A stretch of DNA of 64,000 bases from the human T2T-CHM13v2.0 reference genome, Homo sapiens (GCF_009914755.1 NC_060928.1); one strand, 5' to 3'. Shown: positions 1 to 16,610, counted from the first letter of the stretch. Numbers and translations: made by a program. The notes: generated by a model from the sequence alone, not told the origin.

Positions 1-193
1 ATCACATACATGACTCAAAATCATTTTGAGTGGCTGAAATTGACTATATTGAGAATTATTATTTATTCTGCCCTATTCTCTCTGCAAATGTATACATGAC
101 TCAATAGGAAATTGCATTTTTGTGCCAATCAAGAGCTTGCCAATTTCCTTCAGCATCATTTCTCTTTGGAAACCCTCTCAATATTGTTTAGCA

Positions 194-379
194 CAGCAGC
201 TCTCAAATGGTAGCCCCCAGATAAGTAGCACCACAGCACCTGGAAAACAGTGAGAAATACAAAATCATAGTCCTCACAGCTGACTTACTAAATCAAAAAC
301 TCTGGTTTGGAGCTAAGCAATCTGTATTTTAGCAGGGCCTCTAGGTGATACTGATACACATAATACTTTGAGAACCACT
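194..379. mobile_element. MER5A-like hAT-Charlie DNA transposon relic
   Basis: cagcagctctcaaa...tttgagaaccact termini with internal aatctgtatttt..ggtgat motif. Confidence 0.7.
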
Positions 380-979
380 TTTAAAAAGATTGAATGAAGA
401 TTTGGGTTAGGAATTGTGTAAGTCACCAACCCATGAAACATTCTGTGGTGGCGAGCCAGGTTGTAAGAGTGCCCTAGAATAGCAGGCAGTGTCATCGTGG
501 ATTATTGTCCAGTGTCCCATGACCTTGGACAAAGCCTAAGTTCTTTATAATCAGTGCCTTAGGAAGCTCACCTTAGTCTTTCCTTAATTTTAAGTGTTGA
601 TCTCAATCTGAGAGCCTTGAGCCATGTCTGTCATTTCAACAAAAAGCATGTAGGGTTTAGTTTATTACACCCTCACCAGGTCTATTTTGCATATTTTTGG
701 TCACCTGCCTGTACTCTGTAGTCATACGAAATTGCCTGAAAAATGTTAAATTAATAAAGCATTCAAAATAAAACACATTTTAGTCCTTTTATTATGTTGA
801 CAGAAAAAGTCCTGGTGATAAATAATGTCACATATTTAATTCTTAATAAATGAGAGTATCTTAGTGCTAGTGGGTTGGACCCTGAATAATTACTCATCCC
901 TAACTTTCTCCTAAAATTATGTAGAGACAATTATCACTATGTCATTCAAGTAAAGCTATTTATCATTTTGCTCCTTTAG

Positions 980-1003
980 GAATCTGCTCAAGTATCCACT
1001 GAA
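980..1003 (+). pseudogene. CSN1S2AP: Casein micro-exon, 24 nt, ESAQVSTE (ESAEVATE-type)
   Basis: ctcctttag|gaatctgctcaagtatccactgaa|gtaagt. Confidence 0.9.
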
Positions 1004-1087
1004 GTAAGTCATTATTTAAATAAAATTAATACCATTAGTAACATTTTTATTTCGTATTTCTCTAATATGTCCTTTGGGTTTCAATAG

Positions 1088-1132
1088 AACAATGAACTGA
1101 CTAAGGAAGGAAGGATCTACTTAAAGCACATG
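1088..1132 (+). pseudogene. CSN1S2AP: Casein exon, 45 nt, NNELTKEGRIYLKHM
   Basis: tcaatag|aac...cacatg|gtaagt; 84-nt intron to previous exon; resembles alpha-S2 KTKLTEEEKNRLNFL-type exon. Confidence 0.85.
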
Positions 1133-1404
1133 GTAAGTTTTTCATACAATGTATTATTTCAAGTAAAAGAATATATTTCACAATTATTTCTTCTTCCAAA
1201 TGATCACATCATTTCTTCTCAATGAAATATTTAGCACCACATTGAAATATCTAGCACCACACTTATGATAAAATTACTTTTTCCTGTTGTTGTTACTGTG
1301 ATACATAAATACTATGTTAACAAATATATCTAGAGTTATCTTTTAAGAAAAATGAGCAATCCAACTAAATTTGGAAGAATTACAAACATAATAATAAATT
1401 ATTA

Positions 1405-1533
1405 GGCTGGGCATGGTGGTGCATACCTGTAATCTTAGCACTTTAGGAGGCTGAGGAAGGAGGATTGTTTTAGGCCAGGAATTCAAGACCAGCCTAAGCA
1501 ACATAGCAAGACCTCAACTCTCAAAAAAAAAAA
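1405..1533 (+). mobile_element. Alu monomer (FLAM/AluJ-like)
   Basis: ggctgggcatggtggtg...single arm + A tail. Confidence 0.85.
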
Positions 1534-1689
1534 GGAATTAAAGTGATCTAATGGAGACATCACCGTAGCTTAACAAACACAAAATTCATCACTCAGCTCT
1601 ATGAAGTAGCAACAGGAATTTATAAGCTTTTAACCACTTTCATTCTAAGCCATAGGAAATCACATAACTCATCCTCTGTGGACTAGAGA

Positions 1690-1885
1690 AATGTGCAGTG
1701 CAAGGAAAGAGGATAGGCTTCAGGGTCAAGTGATTTCCCTTCCAACTTCAGCTCTCTAAGTTATTATTTAACCTCTGGACCTTACATTTTTCTCGACTGT
1801 AAATGAATTTAGTAATACTAATCCTACAGGTTTTTATGAGGATGATGCTAGATAATATAGGTAAATTATATAATCAATTACTTGA
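1690..1885. mobile_element. MIR relic (paralogous copy near 7215-7420)
   Basis: Degenerate MIR core (tttaacctctgg...ctgtaaatga...gaggat); limits approximate. Confidence 0.55.
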
Positions 1886-2587
1886 AAAATTTCCAAGATG
1901 TGCCAAAAGTAGCAATTATTATTAAATGTATACACAGACAAAAAATCCATTTTAAATCTTGGTCATGTTAAAACAAGATATCTAAAATAAAACTATTTTA
2001 TTTTTAGAAAATTCTAATTGCCCTGATAATCTTTTTTATACTTTGTCTAAATAAATTTAATTGTATTCTTCCCTTGTTGGTTGTAATCATGTGTCCGTTT
2101 AAAACTTAACCCTGAGCAATTCAAAAAACACATGTTTTACATACCTATTTACTTATCATCTGTATGAACTGGAAATTCTCCAAGAGTGAAGATGCCATTT
2201 TAAATTATTCCATCTTTAATTTCTACAGGAATTTTTGGTTAAGTATTCACAGCAAAATCAAAGTAGAAACATACTAGAAAATTTTTCAGATGGACATATG
2301 TGACAGGTACTATAAAAACCACTCTTCATATTTCAATCCATATAAAACTTCAAGGTATGTGATGCTTATGAGAGGTAAAGCAACCAGTCCAGGGGAAAGG
2401 GAATATAAATGAGATGTCCCTACTCCAACTGCAAAGCTTCTTCAACCGGATGTGGAAAAATGAATGAAAAACTAAGACAAATTTCTTGATGAGCCTCCAC
2501 TTCCCTTCACACACATTCTTTTGCTTTTTACACTCAGTAAAAAGCTTCACTTGAACAGGAATACTAAAATAGCCACATGATTTCTTT

Positions 2588-5050
<2,463 letters not shown>

Positions 5051-5617
5051 TGATTTCTTTAATTCTAAAGTTCACTTTTTGAATGTAAGCACTATGATAT
5101 TGAATAGTCCAGATATTAAATTCTGTACAAGATTGCCTTTATTCCAAATTATTATTCTTTATGCATCAAATTAGAATTACAGAATTAGAGAAAATAAAAA
5201 GTGCAGCAATGACAAGAATAATTTGTGGATGCCGACTACAACTGTAACATTCAAAGTTAGCCAGATTAGATTGGTACAGGACCAGGTTCTAGAAAAAAAT
5301 GTTCAATACCATTTCTTTTGCTAGCTGTCATTGAATAACAATATTCCTTCAGGAATCATGGTGTCCATTCTCAAATTTGTAAACTGGATAAGAGGAATTT
5401 ATTATATGTTTTCCAAATAAAGATTCAACTTTATACATTGTTAATTTTCAAATATATTTCTACTAATAGTGCATAACATATGCCTAGAGATACCCTGAAT
5501 ATCACCTAATGATTTGCCTAGTTTTGTTCTTTTGTGAAAAAGTGGTAAACTGCATGGTGGAAAGTAATATCTGAATTGATATATAATTAAGATGTCTTAT
5601 CTTTTCTTTTTCCTAAG

Positions 5618-5641
5618 GAATCTACCAGCATCTCCCAAGAA
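5618..5641 (+). pseudogene. CSN1S2AP: Casein micro-exon, 24 nt, ESTSISQE (exon-4 type)
   Basis: tcctaag|gaatctaccagcatctcccaagaa|gtaagt; exon and flanks match 61147-61170. Confidence 0.88.
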
Positions 5642-5744
5642 GTAAGTCATAACTACTAAAATTAAATAAAAATTTAAAGTTATCTTTTATTACATAAATT
5701 TTAAAAAGTTATTTTTATTTCATAATGGTTATGATATAACTGTG

Positions 5745-5786
5745 CCAAAATGCTGGGATTACAGGCATAAGCCACCACGCCCAGCC
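5745..5786 (-). mobile_element. 42-bp Alu head remnant
   Basis: ccaaaatgctgggattacaggcataagccaccacgcccagcc; rest of the element absent. Confidence 0.85.
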
Positions 5787-6416
5787 TGAACTTCATTTTT
5801 TAATACAGCTCAGTATGAAATCTAGAGCCTGCCAATTGCTTTCACTAAAGTTTTATTCTCTCAATATTATTTAGGAGATAACTAGTATTAGTTAGGAGAT
5901 AATAAGTATCATCCAGTAGGGTGAACTATATGAGTTATTTGGTGACTGCCACAAGAAACACCTATTGTAATAGAAAGAGCCAGGTAGGTGAGCACAATTG
6001 GAAAAGGTCCTGGGGAAGGGGGAAATACGGATTGTGAGCTGGAGTCTTGTGACCTGAGGCACAGTACAAGGTCTTCCTTATCGGTGCCTTAGGAAGCATA
6101 TTTTATTCTTTCTTTCAATCTCAGTATAAGAACCCATATCACTCTAGAAACGGCATGTGAGCTTTGGTTTACATCACACCTCACCTGGCCTATGTGTTCA
6201 TTATTTTACCTGACTACTCTCTGTAGTCATTTTTACTGTCTGAACAATGCACCTGGATGAAGACTTTGTAATAACACATATCTTTAGAAATGTGTCATTG
6301 TTAACACAGAGTGTGTGCTCTAGTAATGAATGTTTTATTGTAATGATTCTTAATTGATTTCTCTAATCGGTGATTAAGATCACTTCTCATTAACAATGAC
6401 GTGGCTCTGAATTTTT

Positions 6417-6506
6417 CTTTTTTTTTAATTATACTTTAAGTTTTAGGGTACATGTGCACAACATGCAGGTTTGTTACATATATATACATGTGCCACGTTG
6501 GTGTGT
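6417..6506 (-). mobile_element. Short L1PA 3'-end fragment
   Basis: polyT + ttatactttaagttttagggtacatgtgcac. Confidence 0.9.
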
Positions 6507-6590
6507 GCTTTAGCACTTTACTATAACTAGTTACATGCAATTACTGGTGTGTCATACAAGTAAAGCTGATTTTTAATTTCTTCCCTTTAG

Positions 6591-6614
6591 GAATCTGCTG
6601 AAGTATTCCCTGAG
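6591..6614 (+). pseudogene. CSN1S2AP: Casein micro-exon, 24 nt, ESAEVFPE
   Basis: ccctttag|gaatctgctgaagtattccctgag|gtgtgt; paralogous to 980-1003. Confidence 0.88.
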
Positions 6615-6705
6615 GTGTGTAATTATCTTTGAAACAAAATACAATTAATATTATCCAGTAGTAATTTCTTTTGTTTTCATAACAGTTGTTTTTGGTTCTA
6701 AACAG

Positions 6706-6747
6706 AAAATTAAGTCAAATGAAGAAAAGAACTACCTGAAACAGCTG
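6706..6747 (+). pseudogene. CSN1S2AP: Casein exon, 42 nt, KIKSNEEKNYLKQL
   Basis: aaacag|aaaatt...cagctg|gtagtt (weak donor); paralogous to 1088-1132. Confidence 0.82.
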
Positions 6748-8324
6748 GTAGTTATTTCATAAACTTACAGTGCAAATAAAGAAAAAAATATATATATACA
6801 CACACACATATATATACATGTATATACATATATATATATATAAAATCTCAACTCTTTCTTCCCCTCAACTTTCACATCACTGAATTCCAAATAAATATTT
6901 AAAATCAAATTTAAAATCTATAGTAGTTCTGTTATTGTTGTTATCATGGTATGCACCTTTCTTTTCAAATAAATATGAATATATCTTTTAAGAAAAACAA
7001 TTTTAGTCTATTGTTTTTTGAGCAATTGCAAATCTCAAAAAATAATGTTTATATTTTAAATGATTTAATCAAGGTACTAGTATAGCACAACTGTATTCCA
7101 ACTTCTCTTTGACAGTATGTTATGACCTGATTTCTCAAAATAAAAAACTATTAGTGATTATTTTCAAGCCGTAGTTCTTGTAGCCAATCAGTGTGGTCAA
7201 GAGGCTTATGTATCTCAGTGAAAGGACATGGGCTTTGGAGTCAGGCAGTTTATTTTCCAACTGCAGCTCCACCCTTTTTTATGGCTGTGACATTTTTTAA
7301 GTACTTTGTCCCTCTCAATTACAGTGTCTTCAATAAAACAGTGAACATGTAAATATACTTCTGACTTTAATTTTTTTGGAAAGGATCATTTCAGGTAATA
7401 CATGTAAACTGTATAATACAATAAATGTACTACAGCAGTAATATTAATATTATGGTCATCATCCTCCTAGACACAAATTTCTTGTAAAATTTTTGTAACA
7501 GGAGTACTATTTGCTTCAATGTTCTCAAATTAATTCTCCCAACTGAAAACCTATCTGGTTTCATAAGTTCTAGTTGCTATGAAAATCTTTATACTTTGTC
7601 AAAATGATCCCAAAAGAATTCTACCATTGTATCAGTTGTATATCATAGTCATGGATCCAGTCAACACTTACTGTATGTTCATAAAAACTGGAAATTATCT
7701 TGTGTAAAGTTGCCATTTTAATTTCATCTTTATTACCTACAATAATTTATAATAAGGTTTATGAAGAATGCTTAAAGAAAGAAGTTGGATGTAGGGAGCA
7801 TCCATTGTACATAAAAGAAGTGATCAGCACTAATCAGAATGCTCTCTATATATTAACTTAAATAATTCTGCAATGCAAATGATGCTCAGAGAGCTTAAGC
7901 AACAAGACCGCTATCATAGATTCCAGTGAGTAAAATCACAAAAAATTATGCTGAGCCTCTCTGACTCTAAGGATTATATACAGAACAATAAATAATAAAC
8001 TGAGACACATATCTGTAATTCAAATAATTTTCCTCTTGGCTTCTTACATATAAATTTATTTTTTTCTCTTAGACATCTTTGTGTGAGTGTCAGAATTAGA
8101 GACTCTCTTTAATTCTGAAGAATTCTGAAGTTTACTCCATAACATATAAATATTTACAGTGATTTTTACATAAGTAAACTCTCCTTTTGCTGGTTCTACC
8201 TGGAATAATTTAGCAGTTATGTAAATAGGCAAAGTTTTAATTCATTTGCTTCTATGTAGCTCTCTTTTGAACTCTGGGAGAGATTAAATATGGGATAATT
8301 ATTAATAATTTTATTTCTTTCTAG

Positions 8325-8448
8325 ACGAAAACCAACCAGTTTCTCCAGAAGTTCACTGTCCCCCAGTATGTCCAGGCTGTTCCCCTTGTAGTCTATGAGC
8401 CTGTGGAATCACATTCAGGAAAACACCTACCCATATATTCCCATTTAG
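8325..8448 (+). pseudogene. CSN1S2AP: Large C-terminal casein exon, 124 nt, frameshifted (TKTNQFLQKFTVPQYVQAV / MSLWNHIQENTYPYIPI*)
   Basis: ttctag|acg...tttag|gtatgt; length 3n+1; N-terminal frame resembles alpha-S2 QKFALPQY, shifted frame resembles the MKPW..IP C-terminus and ends in TAG. Confidence 0.88.
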
Positions 8449-8851
8449 GTATGTTTGCCCTTTTAAAAATATATATAATTATTGTGTTTTGTGAAAAATG
8501 AGATAAAAAGAAATGAAATTAAAAAAAGAATCTAAGTTATCACGTAGAAGTTAAATCAAATTTAAATCAAAATGTTAAGGCCAGTAATGAAATAAAAATC
8601 ATACGGTTCAAATACAACTGCAATCATAATGCTAGGGAAAAAGAATTGCATTATATTAGATTTTAATTTTCTAAACATTTGTGTATATATTCTCTTGATT
8701 TTTACAGTAATCCATTGAAGTAGAGAGATAGAAATAATATTAATTTTACAACAGATTCTGAAATTAAAAGAAGTGGATTCAATTTTCCAAGCTATATTTA
8801 ATAGTTTACCTTCATTTAATAAGTCTTTTGGCTTAGGATGCCTTTTCTTTA

Positions 8852-9240
<389 letters not shown>

Positions 9241-9526
9241 AAGCTGAAAATTTAGCATAAATATTAATAATTTAGCATCAGAAATCCTAGGACTGGGTCT
9301 GAGTCTGATAATTCTCTGAATTCTATTTTCTATTTTTATTTTGAGATGTGACTGAATTTCTTAGATAGGCATGTAACATTTGGAGGACTTTATCATTATC
9401 ATTATAGAAAATAAGACTTCTATAATTTAGGTTTGAATGTTAGATGTCTAAAATTGTTTCTAAATATTTCAAGTGAGATATAAATAGCCTTTGTACATTA
9501 AAATGCATTATTCTTTTTCTTTTAAG

Positions 9527-9572
9527 AAGAACATGTAAGATTCTTGAATTAACTGCTGCAATTTGAGCTTGA
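9527..9572 (+). pseudogene. CSN1S2AP: Penultimate exon with natural stop (KNM*)
   Basis: ttttaag|aagaacatgTAAgattcttgaattaactgct...|gtaagt; taagattcttgaattaactgct is typical of the alpha-S2 casein stop exon. Confidence 0.85.
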
Positions 9573-10156
9573 GTAAGTACCTTTAAGACTAGTCATTGAA
9601 CAAAAATTTAAGTAGGATCTTCACTTAAGAATACAACATCAAAGCAATAATTTAAATACTTCAGATAAATTCTCTTTAAATCAGAGATTGGCTTATAAAA
9701 TACTTTAACTTTTGCTATACACTTTTTGATTCACAAAGAAGAGTTATCTGTGTAACTTGCAGGCATATGGTTTTTTGCAAATTTTAAAAAATAAACTATA
9801 GAAAATTTCCTCTGTGAACTGGATGCATTTAACCAGAAGTAATGACTCTTAGAAGAAATCTTCACAAAGACAAGTGGCTACACTGGTTTACTTTAAAGTT
9901 TGCCTTTTGATTTTCACTCAACATTTCTGCTTGGAGAAATATATATATATATTTTTAGTAGATTTTTTTAAATTTTACAATTTGAGCTACTTTATACAAA
10001 TTTTTTCTGCAGCAATTTCTCTGGGAAAACTCATATAGATATAGATATAGATAAATATATAAAGCCTACTTTCCTACTTGCCATCACTGTCATTCCCCTT
10101 GAGGTTCCGATCTAGATTGCATTTGCCTCCACAGTATATTTAGAATCTGACAGGTC

Positions 10157-10288
10157 CTAATGTAAATTATGAGTTAATAGGTGCAGCACACCAACATGGC
10201 ACATGTATACATATGTAACAAACCTGCGCATTGTGCACATGTACCCTAGAACTTAAAGTATAGTAAAAAAAAAAAAAAAAAAAAAAAG
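10157..10288 (+). mobile_element. Short L1PA 3'-end insertion with poly(A)
   Basis: L1 3' terminus, long A tail, TSD core tctgacag on both sides. Confidence 0.9.
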
Positions 10289-11837
10289 TCTGACAGAGCG
10301 TCAAGTCAATGGTGACTTATAGTCGTGGTTCACTTTATCTGGTCTCCTTTTTTCCTTATGTTTTCATTATAATTATTAGAGGTTTCTCCATTCTGAAATT
10401 TAGTCGCCCTCAGTTTATCTCCATTGTTCTATCTACATCTCCTAAACTTAAATGGTTGGTCAAAACCTATATGCATAGATGTGTATAATAATAAGTATAC
10501 ATCATCGTGACAGAGGGTGCAACAGCAAATCTGATAATAATAGCTGACGTTTTTTGAGTGCTTCGAGTGCGCCCACCACAGTTCTAAACTTTTTTCCAGT
10601 ATTAACTAGTTTCATGGTCACATAACACTGTGAAGTGGTTATCATTATTAACTAATGTATAAAAGAGACAAGCAATGCACAAAAAAGTTACATAAATTGC
10701 CCATGATCATATTGTATGTGATAAGTGAAAGAGCCAAGATTCCAACCTAGTGTCTGGCCCTAGATTGCTTCCTCTGAAAGACTCAACTACTGAGGCAACC
10801 CCGTATCCATGTCAGGAGTTCAAGAATAATGTGAAAGGGCATTGGTCTCACAGCTTGATTCTATTTTTGTTTGGTTTTCCTGACAATGGAAAGAGATCAA
10901 GCAACTCTTCCAAATAACCTTATATGAGAAAAAATAACACCATAATTGTTATGGATGAGAGCTGAGGTTGTAGTTGTATTTTCTGAATAGTGATATCCCC
11001 TTTGATGTCATTCATTCTGTATTTTGAAATTGCTTATCATGAGTCCCACAATATGAGAAACTTGGTAAAAAAAAAAAATGAGATACTGACAACCTTCCTT
11101 AACCTCAGTTCTAGAAGGGTAAATAGGTTTACAAAGAAGTTTACTAAGTGCAAAATTAGAATTGTGAGCATGATACTGTGATAGAATAAAAAAATCAATT
11201 GGATCAGATTAAGACCTGAACCTTTAGGTAAACCAGAAATAAACAAAGCAAGGCAATGCCAGAAGAATATTATAAGGCAGAACTTAATTAAATCTACAGA
11301 ATGTTTACAACATAAAACTATTAATAAAAAGATTTCTAATAAAATAGATTACGAAGACTTTACTTTTCAAAGGTTTTTAAAATTTTTTCCAAAAGGACAT
11401 TTTCCCAGTGTAATTATTTGACAAATCTATAATCCAAATACATCAAGAAATACTCAATGTAGGAAGTAATATTATATTTTATGTCTAGTAAACTATTTGG
11501 AAATTAAGAAAATGTTTCTTCAAAATTGGATGAGAGATGTAAATATTTCTTATTTAATGGGAGCATTAAATAGAATCTTTATTTGCATAACACAGTGAAG
11601 AGTTTGACTATTAACTGTCAATCATTTAGTCATTTATAAAATAAATATTAGTAGCCTACTGTTTTAGCACTAGAAAATATCAATTAGTAATAACTATAAT
11701 TATATTATATTACACTATCTTGCATGTTTGAATGTTTATATGTATTTTGTGCACAAGTATTTTACATATTATATGTAGTATGTGTTTCCTGGAATATAAA
11801 TTTTATAGATAATCCAATATTTTTTCTTTATTCATAG

Positions 11838-12128
11838 GTATGACTAGAAAAATCATTCCTTTATAATTTCTTCATCTACCACATCACCTCCTACTAGCAA
11901 TATATTTTGGCATGCTTCTTGAAATGTCAACAGTATTGAGCCAAAAGAAGACTGTGTGGAACATTTTCCATATTGGTTATGATATTTTTAATTTGTGTTG
12001 GATATGCCAGATCTGAAGTGTGGTATCATATTTACTGTATTGATGATTAAATGAGGTCTTTTCTCCACTATCTCTGAAATATAGAACTGTATATCAGTTG
12101 CCAAAACATTAAAATTTCAAACAAAGTT
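11838..12128 (+). pseudogene. CSN1S2AP: Terminal 3'UTR exon
   Basis: Polypyrimidine tract + ttcatag|gtatgactagaaaaatc; 3' end approximate. Confidence 0.72.
12108..12113 (+). terminator. Poly(A) signal ATTAAA
   Basis: ATTAAA followed by a GT/T-rich element (gttgtagctagtgttttggggtttttt). Confidence 0.6.
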
Positions 12129-13103
12129 GTAGCTAGTGTTTTGGGGTTTTTTTTTTCCATTCCTCATACTTAGAGAGACCAGACCACTATTACTAGAATA
12201 AATCAGCTTGAACATCACTGAAATAACTTTATATACATTTGAGGCCCTTAATTTCAAGGTTGACTCTCATATCACATGTATTTGAATGTTACATACTTAT
12301 GGGTCTCCACAACAACTGTATCCTAAGCACTTACTGGCCCTCATTCTAACATCTCTCTAGTTTGTCCCTGCTTCCATCTATCTATCCCATACAACTTTCT
12401 CCAGAGTTCTCAAGTCTCCAGTCTGTGCCTGGCCAGTTAATAATCTGCAATATCATTCCATAAAAAGTGGTTTAATCACTAACAAAGTACAGCTTTGAAG
12501 GCCTTCCCTCAGGGTTTAGACTTCTTTCAACAAACATTGAGTACCTATGATACGCCAGGCATTTTTCAATATGTTGTTTTATAGCTGAAAACAAAAACAA
12601 TATCTTGGCTTTATGGCCAAGATTACATTTTAATCATTGGAGAAAGACAACAAACAAGAAAAGAAGCAAGACAGGGTATGCCGTGTGGTGATAACATGGC
12701 ATGTGTTATCGCCATGTGGTGATAACCTAAAGAAAAATAAAGTAGAGCAATGGGAGTGTATTTTACATAGGGGTGGTCAAGGAAGGCAATTTGGGCAAGT
12801 CAAAGTTTGAGCAGTGAAATGAAATTAGTGTGAGAAGGAGCTGGAGAAGTACCGTTCCAACAAAAGAAAAGTAAAAGAAAATTCACTGAAGTGGGTGAAG
12901 GTGGGAGGAGTGAAGATTATCTTGGTCTTTCAATTTGCCTTAAGCAATTGGTTTGAGCTGGTAGCTGAGAGTCATTTGCAGGTGAGCATCATTATATAGC
13001 ATATTTTTTGAAAAGATGAATAGGGTAAAAGATAGGGGAATATGTATCGGACTTCAAAGAATCCTCCAATTCCTTAAGGTTTCCCTCATTGGATTCAATT
13101 ATT

Positions 13104-14315
13104 TCTTTTTTATTATTATTATTATACTTTGAGTTCTGGGATACATATGCAGAACGTGCAGGTTTGTTACATAGGTATACACGTGCCATGGTGGTTTGCT
13201 GCACCCATCAACCCGTCATCTATATTATGTATTTCTCCTAATGCTATCCCTCCCCTAGCCCCCTACCCGCAACGGGCCCCGGTGTGTGATATTCCCTTCC
13301 GTGTGTCCATGTGTTCTCATTATTCAACTCCCACTTATGAGTGAGAACATGCAGTGTTTGGTTTTCTGTTCCTGTGTTAGTTTGCTGAGAATTACAGTTT
13401 CCAGCTTTATCCATGTCCCTTCAAAGGACATGAACTCATCCATTTTATGGTTGCATAGTATTCCATGGCTTATATGTGTCACATTTTCTTTATCCAGTCT
13501 ATCGTTGGTGGGCATTCGGGTTGGTTCCAAGTCTTTGCTATTGTGAATACTGCTGCAATAAACATACGTGTGCGTGTGCCTTTATAGTAGAATGATTTAT
13601 AATCCTTCGGATATATACCCAGTAATGGGATTGCTGGGTCAATTGGTATTTCTGGTTCTAGATCCTTGAGGAATTGCCACACTGTTTTCCACAATGGTTG
13701 AACTAATTTACATTCCCACCAACCGTGTAAAAGCGTTCCTATTTCTCCACATCCTCTCCAGGATCTGTTGTTTCTTGACTTTTTAATAAATGCTGTTGGG
13801 AGAACTGGCTAGCCATATGCAGAAAACTGAAACTGGACCCGTTCCTTGCACCTTATACAAAAATTAACTCAAGATGGATTAGAGACTTAAACATAAGACC
13901 TAAAATCATAAAAACCCTACAAGAAAACCTAGGAAATATCATTCAGGACATAGGAAAGGGCAACGACTCATGAAGAAAATGTCAAAAGCAATGGCAACAA
14001 AAGCCAAAACTGACAAATGGAATCTAATTAAACTAAAGAGCTTATGCACAACTAAAGAAACTATCATCAGAGTGAAGAGACAACCTACAGAATGGGAGAA
14101 CATTTTTGCAATTTATACATCTAACAAAGGGCTAATATCCAGAATCTACAAGGAACTTAAACACGTTTACAAGAAAAAAACAAACAACCCCATCAAAAAG
14201 TGGGTGAAGGATATGAACAGACACTTCTCAAAAGAAGACATTTATGCAGCCAACAAACGTGAAAAAATGTTCATCATCACTGGTCATTGGAGAAATGCAA
14301 ATCAAAACCCCAATG
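13104..14315 (-). mobile_element. 5'-inverted L1PA (twin-priming type)
   Basis: Minus strand ~13104-13788 then plus strand ~13789-14315 (ORF 13970..14323 is an ORF2 fragment). Confidence 0.9.
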
Positions 14316-15167
14316 TATATTGACAATATACATTTTTTTCCTGTCATCTTGTCAATTTGAGAATTTTAATGATTACCTACAGCCTGATAATGCTCCAAAC
14401 TTTAGATGAAGTTTTAATTGTTCTGCTCTCAATTTGGGCTAATATACCCAATTATCTTCTGGGAATGACTAATTTTGTATTTCCCAAATTGAAATATAAT
14501 CACTTCAAGTATTTTTTTCACTTGAATCTCTTTTACACAGAATGCACCCATGTGAACTCACATTTCATTCTAAATTTGCAGTTCTATATTTTTATTATAA
14601 TAAAATGAAACATGATTATATTTTTAACTCAGATTCTTTTGCAGATAATGAAATAGACTTCTAGGATTTGGACTCTCTTCTAGGACTCTCTAAACTCTAA
14701 CTTTTCTCATTAGTGTAAGTTGGAAGTGTGATATTTCTTTCCACTAATTAGAATAGTTTTAAGAAATTAAAACAACCAAAGGTACCATTAACACCTTGGC
14801 AGGTATTGCATCTTTATGTCACCATTCTTATAAAGCTGCAATAGCTCTTTGTTGAGTATTTGTTCTCTAAGTAAAATGCTTTTTTTACTTTTCAAGAAGT
14901 GGAATTCTATCACGGAGAAAAATGTACCTTTTATTTCCTTTACTGCATAATAGCAGGACATGTTATTTCCCAGCAGTGTTCTAAAACTATCTGTTATGGA
15001 ATATGAGATTGTAAAAAAAAAACACAAAAATGCAACCTTTGTTTTTAATTTCTGTCCTTGTTTCTGGTTATCAAGCATAATCCTCACACTTCCTGAAGTG
15101 TTTAATTTTAAGGGAGAAATTAATAATGCCTCTATTTTAATGTTACAAACCAAAATAAGAATCTAGT

Positions 15168-15657
15168 TTATTTATTTTTTCTTGAAACATAATTGATGTG
15201 CATATTTGGGGGGTACATGTGATAATTTGACACACTCATATAATCAAATCAGGGTAATTAGAATAACTGTTGCCTTAGATGTTGGTCTTTCCTTTATCCT
15301 AGAAACATTTAAATTAGTTTCTTCTAACTATTTTTGAATATACAATCTATTATTGTAAACTATAGTCACCCTGCTTATCTGTCAACACAAGGTCTTATTT
15401 CTTCTATCAAATTACATATTATATATATAATCAAGATCTCTTCATCTTCCTCTCCTGTGTCCCCTTCCTGATCTCTGGGAACCACCAATCTATTCTCTAT
15501 CTTTATGAGATCCACTTTTCTAGCTCCCATGTATAAGTGAGAACATGCAATATTTGTCTTTCTGTGTTTGGCTTATTTCACTTAACATAATAACCTACGG
15601 CTTCATCTATCTTGCTACAAATGACAGGATTTCACTCTTTTTTATGGTTGAATAATA
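15168..15657 (-). mobile_element. Old L1MA-type 3' end
   Basis: Diverged L1 3'UTR motifs (gagatccactttt..ctccca..ataagtgagaacatg). Confidence 0.7.
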
Positions 15658-15718
15658 GAATCATTATATTTCAAAATGGGTTTATACTTCTTAGTTTATA
15701 GAACAGTAGTTAGCTTAA

Positions 15719-16075
<357 letters not shown>

Positions 16076-16102
16076 TTATATTACTTTCTATCCAAAGAGT
16101 CA

Positions 16103-16610
<508 letters not shown>

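Noticed and set aside
5353-5378. cttcag|gaatca... looked like another ES-starting casein micro-exon
   Set aside because: Not 3n, poor donor, and it aligns to intron 3 of the second gene (~60630-60670).
11786-11794. Isolated TTCN3GAA motif (another near 46652)
   Set aside because: Expected by chance in AT-rich DNA; no promoter context.
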